Shown: positions 50,063 through 59,351, numbered from the whole stretch's first letter. The stretch: 61,208 bases of DNA, filler included, from a candidate division TA06 bacterium SM23_40 (GCA_001303705.1; 5 parts of 5 records of this genome joined end to end with filler, not necessarily neighbours in it); one strand, 5' to 3'. Numbers and translations are program-made. The notes: generated by a model not told the origin, from the sequence alone.

Positions 50063-51352
50063 ATGCGTCTGATAAGAATCGGAAAGCTGCTCCTTGGCAC
50101 GACCACGGCGATCTGTCTTTGCGCCTCGGTGCCTGCCTCACACTCGTTCGAACTCTGGTCGAGTAGCGATGGCAACATCCACTATTCCCTCGACGCCTCC
50201 CTCAAGTCGACTTCTCTTCTCGCACGCGCACCCGATGACTCGCTCCTCTACCCGGAGCGCTGGAGCGGCGCCTCTCTGTGGCGAATGCGTCTCGCCTTCG
50301 AAGCGCGGGCCGGCTCGTGGCTCAACGCCGAGGTAGCCTATGAGCAACGCGCCCGCACTATCTCGGAACGCTCTGGCGCAGGAGGCGGCGCGGGTATCCT
50401 CGCGTCTGAGAGCCGCGCGCCCTACCGTATTGCACAGGTCGACGAGGCGCTTGTGGAGATCGGCAGCACGTTCTCGTACAGACACGAACTGGACCGGGCC
50501 TTCGTGGCGGCCTATTTCGGGAGGGCCGAGATCGCGGCGGGCAGGCAGGCGATCGGCTGGGGGCGCGGCGTGCTCTTCAGCGCAGTCGACATCCTTGCTC
50601 CGTTCACCCCCCTGGAGAGCGATCGAGAGTGGCGCCGCGGCATCGATGCCGTACGCGGGAGCATTCTCCTCACCGACCTCATCTCCTTCGATGCTGTAGC
50701 GGCGATAGGCGAGTCGCTCGACACATCCTCATTTGTGGGACGCCTGCGCGGATATGTCGGCAACCTCGACGGCGAGCTCTTCGTCGGCAGGCGGTACGAG
50801 GACTACCTGTACGCGGCCACGGCCTCCGCGCCGGTGTGGGAGGCCGAACTGCACGGCGAGGTCGCCCTGTTCAACACACCTGAAGACGTCCCGGACGGGG
50901 GCACCTTCGGGCGCGACGACCTCGTTGCCAAAGCGGTCATCGGGGGATCGTACAGCTTCGATATAGGAAGCGGCATTCTTGCCTTCGCCGAGTACCACTA
51001 CTCCGGATTCGGGGTACCAAAGATAGAGGACCTGGGGACACACCTGCAGGAGGAGGCATTCCGGGAGCGGTTGGCTCGCGGCGATACGCAGATTCTCGGC
51101 CGACACGCCGTAGCGTTTCAGGCCACGTATGGGATCGGGGCCCTCCTCTCCCCCAGCGCCTCCTGGATACTGAGCCCGGCAGATGGTTCAGGTGTCCTGA
51201 TCCCGGGGGTCTCGTGGATCTTCTCAGATAATCTGACCCTCACCGCCAGTGCCTACCTCCCTCACGGCGAGGAACCCCACGACGGCCAGCTCACGAGCGA
51301 ATACGGCGGCACCCCGGCCAGCGGACTCCTCCAGATCAGCTTCTACTATTGA
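50063..51352 (+). CDS. exported protein, probable outer-membrane beta-barrel
   Basis: Signal peptide; LDRA, GRQAIGWG and GIDAVR motifs; amphipathic strands and aromatic C-terminus. Start uncertain. Confidence 0.65.
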   Translation: MRLIRIGKLLLGTTTAICLCASVPASHSFELWSSSDGNIHYSLDASLKSTSLLARAPDDSLLYPERWSGASLWRMRLAFEARAGSWLNAEVAYEQRARTISERSGAGGGAGILASESRAPYRIAQVDEALVEIGSTFSYRHELDRAFVAAYFGRAEIAAGRQAIGWGRGVLFSAVDILAPFTPLESDREWRRGIDAVRGSILLTDLISFDAVAAIGESLDTSSFVGRLRGYVGNLDGELFVGRRYEDYLYAATASAPVWEAELHGEVALFNTPEDVPDGGTFGRDDLVAKAVIGGSYSFDIGSGILAFAEYHYSGFGVPKIEDLGTHLQEEAFRERLARGDTQILGRHAVAFQATYGIGALLSPSASWILSPADGSGVLIPGVSWIFSDNLTLTASAYLPHGEEPHDGQLTSEYGGTPASGLLQISFYY

Positions 51353-51461
51353 TCGATTCACCCTCGTAATACTACTAATCGATTCACCGTCCCACTACCA
51401 TTGATCGATTGGCAGTCCTATCACTATTGATCGATCGACCGCCACATCAGCTCCGATCGAT
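51343..51461. repeat. non-coding array of five ATCGAT cores at an exact 26-bp period
   Basis: ATCGAT starts at 51352, 51378, 51404, 51430 and 51456. Confidence 0.85.
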
Positions 51462-51618
51462 CGGGGATGCATGCGTAATCGGTGCGTGCGATCGGCTTCG
51501 AGGCAAGGCCATTCTCTAGCGATCAGGAAGACCTGCCTTGGAGGAACCGGCTTAGTAGTCAAGGCGAGGTGACCGTACAGAATCTGATGGGCGCGAAAAA
51601 TCCGATAGGAAGTCGATG

Positions 51619-52341
51619 TCACAGCCAGAAGTGATAGTAGAAGTCGACCTTCTCGATCGAATAGCCGCACTTCTCATACAGGTTACAGGCAGGGACATTC
51701 GCCTGCTGTGTGACGACCTGTCCATACCTGAACCCACGGGCCATGAACCACTGCTGGGCGGAGCGAACCAGAGTCTCCCCGTATTCCCTTCCTCTGTAGT
51801 TGCCGTCGACGGCAATCAGGCCGATTTCTCCGCGCTCGCCCTTACTCCCCAGCGTCACCATCCCGACAACTGACTCGCCGTCCCGGATCACGAGCACGGC
51901 GTCCGCGAGCATCCCCTTGAGACAATTGTGTATCCACGTGGTGTACAGCTCGACGAACTTCTTCCTGGGGATCCTGGGGTCCACAGCGAACCGAGAATAC
52001 TCCCCGCTCTGAACGCCCAGTGCTTCCAGATCCGATATCCGCATCGAGGGCTGATACGGCTCGACGGCCGCGGCGGGCACGAACTGTGTCGACACAATGG
52101 TGCTGAAGTCGATGAAGAACGTTGTTTTCTTGTCCGCGAGGAACCCGCCCAGGGACTGCGCAGCAGGCTGGGAACTGCGGCTGGTACTGTCCGAAGGCCA
52201 GTATACCAGCTTCACATTCTCCTCTCTCAGCGTCGATAGAACCCGCGCCAGCTCTTCGCTGTCGAGCCGCGGCGCCGTTATGAAGGCGACTCTGAATCCG
52301 AAGAAATCAGTGTCCCAGTCGAGTATCCGATACATTCCCAT
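51619..52341 (-). CDS. GNAT acetyltransferase, dTDP-fucosamine acetyltransferase (WecD)-like
   Basis: LDWDTDFFG, SRF..DP, LYTTWI, IGLIAV...RG and VVTQQANVPACNLYEKCG. Confidence 0.85.
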   Translation of the reverse strand: MGMYRILDWDTDFFGFRVAFITAPRLDSEELARVLSTLREENVKLVYWPSDSTSRSSQPAAQSLGGFLADKKTTFFIDFSTIVSTQFVPAAAVEPYQPSMRISDLEALGVQSGEYSRFAVDPRIPRKKFVELYTTWIHNCLKGMLADAVLVIRDGESVVGMVTLGSKGERGEIGLIAVDGNYRGREYGETLVRSAQQWFMARGFRYGQVVTQQANVPACNLYEKCGYSIEKVDFYYHFWL

Positions 52342-52702
52342 GTGCTCTTTCACCTGCGTCGCGGCCCATTCCTGCTCGCTTGCCGGCCGACCCCTGCACG
52401 CTCCCTGCGGGACGATGACGAATAAAGCCATCTTCCCTGCCATCCTCGTCCCAACAAGCTGCGAGCTGAGGGGACAGCCCAATGCCGGATGAGAGCCAGC
52501 CGATCCGTCAATCGTCACTCACTGCGTTATGGCCACCCCCGGTACTCACTCTGTTACCGGTGACGGCCCGGGGCAATGGCACTGCTGCTTCATTCTCCGC
52601 CCCGGCGACTAGACTCCGGGCACCGACCTGACGGCGGCCGCCTCCGGCTCACGGGCAGAATGTATACTGATGCCGAAGAGTCAGTGCAGGTCCCCCTACG
52701 GC

Positions 52703-53311
52703 CTACTTGACGAGACGCAGGGCAGCGGCGATATCTCCGGCAATCATCCTCCGCTTGCTCTTCTCGATGAAAAAACTGGGGCCTGCCTGCAGGTACGACG
52801 GGAAGACCCTCTTGCCCTGAAAGAAGTACTCCTGACCCCGGATCTTGTACGTGGAGCCAGCAGGTATCACCCTTCCCTCGCCCGCCCTCTTTGCTATATA
52901 GTTGACCGCTTTGATCGCAACATCGCCCATCAGCATCAGTACCTTCGTCTTTGGAAAGAGTCCCAGTTCCTTTTCCAGCAGGGAGGAACACTCCTTGATC
53001 GTCGCGGCCTTTATACCGTATCCGGTCTTCCCGCATTTCACGGCTGTTGTGAGGTACACGCCCAAACCGACAACGTCCTCCAAGGACGAGACGTCTTCAC
53101 CGGCATCCCTGAATGCCTGGACCGTCGTCTGGGCAAACAGAGGATCGCCTTTCGAGTAGTAATAATCGCCAGAGTCCTCAGGGGCAGCCTCCGAGATCAT
53201 CACGATCGATATATCACCGGGGTTCACGTCCACACCGGGAATGACATAGCACTCGTGCTTCACATCCGTACAGGGGAACTCTTCGCACTTCACCCGCTTG
53301 CTCACCCGCAT
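52703..53311 (-). CDS. uracil-DNA glycosylase-like superfamily protein
   Basis: IVMISEAAP, VYLTTAVKC, IKECSSLLEKE and LMLMGDVA follow the UDG fold pattern. Confidence 0.7.
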   Translation of the reverse strand: MRVSKRVKCEEFPCTDVKHECYVIPGVDVNPGDISIVMISEAAPEDSGDYYYSKGDPLFAQTTVQAFRDAGEDVSSLEDVVGLGVYLTTAVKCGKTGYGIKAATIKECSSLLEKELGLFPKTKVLMLMGDVAIKAVNYIAKRAGEGRVIPAGSTYKIRGQEYFFQGKRVFPSYLQAGPSFFIEKSKRRMIAGDIAAALRLVK

Positions 53312-53550
53312 TTCTCAATGTCCTCCCGAATCTGATCCAGGACGAGGTTTTCCCCCGACTACGGCAGGCTCCCTTGTGCCAGGCATGCGATCGGTATGGA
53401 CCCTTTAGGGCGCGTCATCCCTGGAACAACTCGTGCAGGTGCACAAATCTCTGTCTGTATCCGGCAAGAGTCGCTCAACCTCACCGGACCAGGGCCTCCT
53501 TTCTACAGTCAATCGGCTGCCCGTCGAGAGCCTCGCCACAGCACACTTCA

Positions 53551-54417
53551 CTACCAGAGCCCGGCAACCTCGGCTCTCTCCTGTCTCGGGACGAGGGCAA
53601 TCGCATCGTTGGGGCACGCCGCCCTGCACACCCCGCACCCGAAACACCGCTCCGGCGCGATGTACACCTTGGAGAGTGCGGACGAATAGAACTGCGCCCC
53701 GAACTGGCACTGACTCATACAGGACTTGCATCCCGTGCACAGATCCCAGTCTACTTCGCAGACGTATTCCGCCCGGAAGAACGTAGCTACACCATCCTTC
53801 TCGATGTACGCTTTGTACGCCCCGCAATCGCGATCGCAGTTGCACAACCCGATGATATAGGGAGTCACGCCTGTCCAGATGCTGTGGACCAGCCCCTCGT
53901 CATCGTATGCGCGGAAGATCTGCTTGGCCTTCTCCTTATCGAGCACCTCCAGGGACGAAGCGGCATCGGGAAACGTGCCCAATATTCCCTTCGGGTCGAT
54001 CCCGAACCCGAAGCAGTATCGTTGGTCTGTCTTGCCCGTATAGATGTAGCGGCATCCACAGGGCAATCTCGTGATCGAGTTCACCGCATCTATCACTTCT
54101 TCCACGTCCTCGATCGGCAGCACTTGACCGAAATGAACGATCTTCCGCGCCCGCACGATCTCTTCTTCTGTGCGCTCAACCTTGGGAGTGTCGGCTGACG
54201 CTGCAGGTGGTGACTCGTCCCGCTTCCCCGGTATCCTCCCGAACGCGGGCAGCACAAACTCTTCCAGAAAGCGGCTCACCCACTCAACCCGTGTCAAGGC
54301 CCCGGCAATCTTCTTCTGCGGAGATGAGAGCTCCTCGTGGAGCAGTCCATCCGAGTAGTTCTTCATCTGGAGATACCACTTCTTCCCCTCACCATGCTCA
54401 GTGCAGAACTCACACAT
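53551..54417 (-). CDS. 4Fe-4S dicluster (ferredoxin-domain) protein
   Basis: CTGCKSCMSQC and CFGCGVCRAACP, plus MCEFC, CGCR and CNCDRDC. Confidence 0.88.
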   Translation of the reverse strand: MCEFCTEHGEGKKWYLQMKNYSDGLLHEELSSPQKKIAGALTRVEWVSRFLEEFVLPAFGRIPGKRDESPPAASADTPKVERTEEEIVRARKIVHFGQVLPIEDVEEVIDAVNSITRLPCGCRYIYTGKTDQRYCFGFGIDPKGILGTFPDAASSLEVLDKEKAKQIFRAYDDEGLVHSIWTGVTPYIIGLCNCDRDCGAYKAYIEKDGVATFFRAEYVCEVDWDLCTGCKSCMSQCQFGAQFYSSALSKVYIAPERCFGCGVCRAACPNDAIALVPRQERAEVAGLW

Positions 54418-54526
54418 CTCGATCCCCCTTCCCGCGCTGCCAGCGCGTCGCCCAATGGCAGAGTCCGGGAGCGATTACAGGGACTTCGCATTCAATGCTT
54501 ATTTCCAGCGCCGGCACCCTTCAGCC

Positions 54527-54609
54527 TCACCGGCCTGCTCACTTGCACAGTTCATCACCGGCCTGCTCACCTGCGCACTTCATCACCAGTCTGCTCACCT
54601 GCGCACTTC
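54527..54609. repeat. tandem repeat, 3 x 28 nt
   Basis: TCACC(G/A)G(C/T)CTGCTCAC(C/T)TGC units at 54527, 54555 and 54583. Confidence 0.9.
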
Positions 54610-54688
54610 GGGCTTGACGAGGCCGTCGCAGCCTCGCCCGATAGGCCTGCGCCGCCGGCCCCCAGACGCCCTGAGCCGTCAGGTCATC

Positions 54689-54716
54689 ATGGTACCGCTG
54701 GTACGGAGACTGTCAA
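54689..54716 (-). promoter_or_regulatory. possible sigma70 promoter for the 4Fe-4S gene
   Basis: TTGACA-N16-TACCAT on the minus strand. Confidence 0.45.
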
Positions 54717-55263
54717 CACCATTCTCGGCCACCCAGATCCGAGTCGAGAACGATACGCCTTTCTTGCCCCCGATTATCCGGAGCTCACTGAATGCCTGGA
54801 GGCCCGACGGCAGGGAGAGATCGAGAACCAGGGTGCCGGCACGAAATATCCACACAGGTCCGTGCCGGCAGCCGGACATCGGGGTCACCGGGGTATCGGA
54901 TTTCAGCATCATGGGGGACTTGACAATTGGCGATTCCCGGGTCATGGTTTATGGTTACCCTGAGTGCCGGGTCGTGAACAGATCGAGCTTCTCTGCTCAT
55001 CTATTCTGATGTAGGGCAGCTCTTGCAACGAAGATGCTCCTCGGCAGCGAAGCTCGGTTGGCGCAGTACCTCCCTGGAGTGCTCGCCGAGGAACAGCGCC
55101 ATTCCCGCCTATGCCGGCGGCGTACCCGGCGTATCGACAGCAGTGGGTGGCCCCGGATCTATTGGGTCTGGGAGGTAGTACCCGAGAGGCCGGCCATCAT
55201 ACAAACATGGCAGACTGGCAGGCGTTTCGCTGCCCGGCCCTCGTGGGAGAGATTATCCATAGC

Positions 55264-55294
55264 GGGCCCGAGCGGCAGAGCAGCTCGGGCCTTT
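55264..55294 (+). terminator. GC-rich hairpin with a short T tract (possible terminator or attenuator)
   Basis: GGCCCGAGC/GCTCGGGCC stem followed by TTT. Confidence 0.45.
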
Positions 55295-55382
55295 CCGTCT
55301 CTATAAGCCCTCAGCACGAGGAAGAGTCTTCACAACGGGGGACTCCCAACGGGAGATGCACCGCGGACAAGAGGAGAACTCC

Positions 55383-55733
55383 ATGAGACTGCTGGCGACC
55401 CTGGCGTGTGCAATCTCGATTGTCGGGATTACGGCAACCGTCTCCGCGATGGTCTGGCCGGTGCCGAGCCCGCAGTGTCCCACCATCCAGGCAGGGATCG
55501 ACTCGGCGGCTGCCGGGGACACGGTACTCGTGGCCGACGGAACCTACACCGGCACGGCGAACCGCGATCTCGATTTCTCGGGCAAGGCGATCGTGGTGAT
55601 GTCGGAGAACGGACCCGAGGTGACGATCATCGACTGCGAGGCGCTGGGCCGCGGGTTCTTCTTCCATGGCGGGGAGGACGCAAGCTCGATAGTAAAAGGC
55701 TTCACCATTCAGAACGGAGCGGTTGGCGACGGC
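55383..55733 (+). CDS. secreted protein with a pectin lyase-like beta-helix N-terminus (3' truncated)
   Basis: Signal peptide; PTIQAGID, GDTVLVADGTY, GPEVTIIDC and GFTIQNG. Confidence 0.85.
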
Positions 55734-55833
55734 NNNNNNNNNNNNNNNNNNNNNNNNNNNNNNNNNNNNNNNNNNNNTTAATTAATTAANNNNNNNNNNN
55801 NNNNNNNNNNNNNNNNNNNNNNNNNNNNNNNNN
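55734..55833. other. artificial contig-joining linker
   Basis: N-run + TTAATTAATTAA + N-run. Confidence 0.98.
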
Positions 55834-56015
55834 AAGGTTGCGGACATTGCCCTCCCGGGAACGCAGCTAGGTAATAATGGTTATTCGGTTCTGGGCATGC
55901 TCGCTCCCGGAAAGGCGCTTCCAAGGACGTACCCATGTAGTGAAGGTTCTTGGGTTCGTGACAAGCCGGCTTCCAGGGACGCACCTAAGTAATGGAGGTC
56001 TTTCAGTTCCGGACA
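55834..56015. repeat. degenerate tandem array, 46-nt core with 52-bp period, truncated by the contig start
   Basis: Gap-free alignable cores at 55852, 55918 and 55970, with partial copies at the contig edge and at 55904. Confidence 0.7.
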
Positions 56016-56183
56016 AAGGGCGGCCACACCAGAATCCGTTACTGCAGGTGGGTAGATGGGGCGCCCTGCTCATATTGTGTCCAGAAGCCCGCTATTGGGA
56101 GCGTTGAGAGTCGAACGGTTATCAGTAACCTACAGAACCTACCAACGTCCCCGGGGGTGGGACCCGGGTTGTGGGTAAAGGGC

Positions 56184-56212
56184 TTGACAGGAGGGGGCGG
56201 ATTGTCTATCCT
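56184..56212 (+). promoter_or_regulatory. sigma70-type promoter of the TonB-dependent receptor gene
   Basis: TTGACA-N17-TATCCT. Confidence 0.7.
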
Positions 56213-56232
56213 GTTTGGGCTTCTTATGGCGG

Positions 56233-56272
56233 CGTTTACGCGGGCAGTTGATCGTTTACGCGGGCAGTTGAT
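56233..56272 (+). repeat. perfect 20-nt tandem duplication
   Basis: CGTTTACGCGGGCAGTTGAT x2. Confidence 0.95.
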
Positions 56273-56293
56273 CCAGCGCGAAGAGAGTTTAGT

Positions 56294-59068
56294 ATGGAGG
56301 ATTTGATCCGCCGCATTCACTGTATGTTGCAGTCACAACGCCTTCCTCGCCAACGAACTCGTTCAGATCCGGCGGCCGCTTTGAGCTGGACGCCCACTGG
56401 GTCTTCGGTTGCCTGCCAACGAGCCGATCCTGATGTACCGGCCGCCTGGCGAAGCACCCGCCCTGATCGGCTGGCCACTCCTCATGCCCGCGCCCTCCCG
56501 GCCATCGTCATTCTTCTCTTCCTCCTTCTATCGTATTCCCACGCTGCCACCACCGGCAAGGTCATCGGTTTGGTGACTGATGCCGATACCGGCGAGCCGC
56601 TACCCGGCGCGAACATCATCGTTGTCGGCACGACGAGCGGCGCGATGGCGAATCCATCGGGCCACTACATCATTACGAATGTGCCGGTCGGCGAGCGTTC
56701 GGTGCGGGCGGAGATGATCGGGTATCGCCCGGTCGTCGCAGAGGGGCTGCTCATCGTGCCCGATCGGACGGCGATCGCCAACTTCGAGCTCGAGCAGACG
56801 GCCATAGAACTCGACATCGAGATCACCGTGGTTGCGGAGCGGCCGCTCGTCAGGCCAGACGCGACCTCGAAGCTCGCGGTCGTGACCGGCGATGAGATCT
56901 CGGAGATGCCGGTGAAAGAGTTCTCCGAGGTGCTCGCGCTGCAGGGGGGATTCACCACAGACTCGAGCGAGGAGATCCACGTGCGGGGCGGGCGGACTGG
57001 CGAGATCGCGTATATGATCGATGGCATGTACGTGGAGGATCCGCTGTACGGAGGGTTCGGAAGCCAGCTGAACAGCGATGCGATCGAAGAGCTGGTAGTG
57101 ATGAGCGGGACGTTCAATGCGGAGTATGGCGACGCGCTCTCCGGTGTGGTCAACGTCATTACCAAGGATGGCGGCTCCCGGTTCAGCGGCAGAGTCGAAT
57201 ATACGAGCCCGATATTGAATGACTCGCCGTATCGGAAGAAGGACTGGCTGGGTTCCAGTTCGGACGTGCATCGCGATTCCGGCGGTCGGTCGCTGTACTC
57301 GGTCCCCGATCTCGAAGACGACCACGATCTCCTTGTTCCGCTGCTGGGGGAGTTCTCCGGGTTCATCGGGGGACCGGTGCCGGGCGTCAAGCGGCTCCGT
57401 TACTTCGCGGCGAGCCGGTACTATAATGAAAACGGGTACCTGCCGTTCGGGTACGAGATGGAACGCGATCTCCAGGGGAAGCTCACCTACCTCGTCGCGC
57501 CGGGGGTGAAGTTCGGTGCATCGCTTCAACGTACGAACAAGCGGTACAAGACGTACAGCCATGCGTGGAAGTACCGCCAGGAGGGAGCGCCGGAACGGCG
57601 CCGCACCTCGAACAGGTTGACGCTCACCTGGAACCAGGCGCCGACCGCGCGGATGTTCTACTCCCTCGGTCTCAGCCGGTTCAAGCAGGAGCAGCGGGTG
57701 TGGGTCCCGGGTCAGGGAGCAGGCGAGGAGTACACCGCTCCCAAGACGGACAACAACAGCGAGTTCTATATCGACGGGTACAGTCTGCTCGATCGGCATG
57801 CGGCATCGCTCACCTATACGTTCAAGGGCGACCTGACGTGGCAGGCGACCGATCACCACGAGATCAAGACCGGGATCGAGCTCAAGCGACACGACCTGTC
57901 GCAGAATGAACGTACCCGTCTCGGAGCGCTCGCTCCCGTCGAATTCCAGGAGTACGACCGGGAGCCGCTGGAAGGTGCGGTCTACCTTCAGGACAAGATG
58001 GAGTTCAACTATGCCGTGCTGAATGCGGGGCTACGGTTCGACTACGTGGATGCCGCAGACGAGATGTGGGACGATGAAGAGGATCCCGATAGTCCCATCG
58101 AGAGCGTGCCGGCGAGGTTCCAGCTCAGCCCTCGGCTCGGCCTGGCGCACCCGGTCACCGAGCGGACGGTGCTCCACTTCGCCTACGGTCACTTCTTCCA
58201 GAACCCCACGTATGACGATCTGTACTACAACCACCTGTACCATACGGCACCGTACAGCAATCCCGATTCGATCCCGGAGCTGGCCCTCGTAGGGAATCCC
58301 TCGGTGAAGGCACAGAAGACGGTGGCCTACGAGGTTGGGCTGCAGCATCAGTTGACGGCTGATTGGGCGGTCGATGTGACTGCCTTCTACAAGGATATCA
58401 CGGATCTCCTGGCGACGGAGGAGGTGCGTCGGTTCCCGTACCACTACATCGTGTACACCAATCTCGACTACGCGAACTCCAAGGGGATCGATCTGTCGCT
58501 CCGGAAGCGGCTCACTCACTATGTGTTAGGTTCGCTCAACTACACCTACTCGGTGTCGAAGGGGAGCAGGTCTTTCCCCCGCCAGGGGTTCTTCGATGTG
58601 TACTCCGGGCAGGAGGAGCGACACCGGGAGTACTTCCTCGACTTCGATCGGACGCACGATATCGGGCTCAATCTGGAGGTGAGGTTCCCCGAGCGCTTCT
58701 TCCTGAGGCCGCTGGCGTCGAGCGGGGTCGTTCTGCTTGCAGATTTCGCGAGCGGGCTCCCGTATACGCCATACGTGTCGCCGGGGATGGAGGTGGAGGT
58801 CAACTCGGCGCGCATGGACTGGACGGGTACCGTAGATCTGCGGGGGTACAAGCGGTGGCGGTTCGGGCCGCTGACATACTCGGTCTTCGGCCAGGTCGAT
58901 AATCTCTTCGATCGCCGGAATCCACTCTTCGTCTATTCGAGGACCGGCAAACCGTGGGACTCGGGGAGTGTGGGGGAGGGCGTGGAGAAGACGCCGGACT
59001 TCCTGAAGAATCCGGCGCATGTGGGAGCCCCGCGCACGGTCCGGGCCGGTCTGAGTGTCGCGTGGTAG
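56294..59068 (+). CDS. TonB-dependent receptor with an N-terminal carboxypeptidase-regulatory-like domain
   Basis: TGEPLPGANI, plug motifs HVRGGR and FNAEYG..SGVVN, GLRFDY, SPRLG and C-terminal Trp. Start uncertain. Confidence 0.93.
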   Translation: MEDLIRRIHCMLQSQRLPRQRTRSDPAAALSWTPTGSSVACQRADPDVPAAWRSTRPDRLATPHARALPAIVILLFLLLSYSHAATTGKVIGLVTDADTGEPLPGANIIVVGTTSGAMANPSGHYIITNVPVGERSVRAEMIGYRPVVAEGLLIVPDRTAIANFELEQTAIELDIEITVVAERPLVRPDATSKLAVVTGDEISEMPVKEFSEVLALQGGFTTDSSEEIHVRGGRTGEIAYMIDGMYVEDPLYGGFGSQLNSDAIEELVVMSGTFNAEYGDALSGVVNVITKDGGSRFSGRVEYTSPILNDSPYRKKDWLGSSSDVHRDSGGRSLYSVPDLEDDHDLLVPLLGEFSGFIGGPVPGVKRLRYFAASRYYNENGYLPFGYEMERDLQGKLTYLVAPGVKFGASLQRTNKRYKTYSHAWKYRQEGAPERRRTSNRLTLTWNQAPTARMFYSLGLSRFKQEQRVWVPGQGAGEEYTAPKTDNNSEFYIDGYSLLDRHAASLTYTFKGDLTWQATDHHEIKTGIELKRHDLSQNERTRLGALAPVEFQEYDREPLEGAVYLQDKMEFNYAVLNAGLRFDYVDAADEMWDDEEDPDSPIESVPARFQLSPRLGLAHPVTERTVLHFAYGHFFQNPTYDDLYYNHLYHTAPYSNPDSIPELALVGNPSVKAQKTVAYEVGLQHQLTADWAVDVTAFYKDITDLLATEEVRRFPYHYIVYTNLDYANSKGIDLSLRKRLTHYVLGSLNYTYSVSKGSRSFPRQGFFDVYSGQEERHREYFLDFDRTHDIGLNLEVRFPERFFLRPLASSGVVLLADFASGLPYTPYVSPGMEVEVNSARMDWTGTVDLRGYKRWRFGPLTYSVFGQVDNLFDRRNPLFVYSRTGKPWDSGSVGEGVEKTPDFLKNPAHVGAPRTVRAGLSVAW

Positions 59069-59351
59069 GGGAGGGTGCGGACGGGGGGCGCGTGGGCAGC
59101 CTCCGGTGCACGGAGGGGGCTGACTCAGGGTCGGTTGTGTGTGGCCTGAGGGGGCGGGTAACGTCCAGCGCGGGTTGGGTCATGCCGTGCGTGGCGTGAG
59201 CAGACCGACTTCACATGATACGGGGCAGGCGGCGGCACAGATTCGAGCAGCAGTCCGAATTGGATGATCCCGGCACGGCGTTGGATGGCCAGGAGACATA
59301 ACCTTTCAGTCTGAAGTCGATAAGAGACGAGGATCATACGGGGAGGGAGTC

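Noticed and set aside
51343-51461. CRISPR interpretation of the 26-, 28- and 52-bp arrays
   Set aside because: Repeat and spacer sizes and repeat divergence do not fit, and there are no cas genes in the window.
54401-55306. ORFs 54337-54963, 54401-55009, 54679-54945 and 55034-55306 as real genes
   Set aside because: They have no motifs or clear RBS, and the two longest run through a 28-nt repeat that does not preserve frame.
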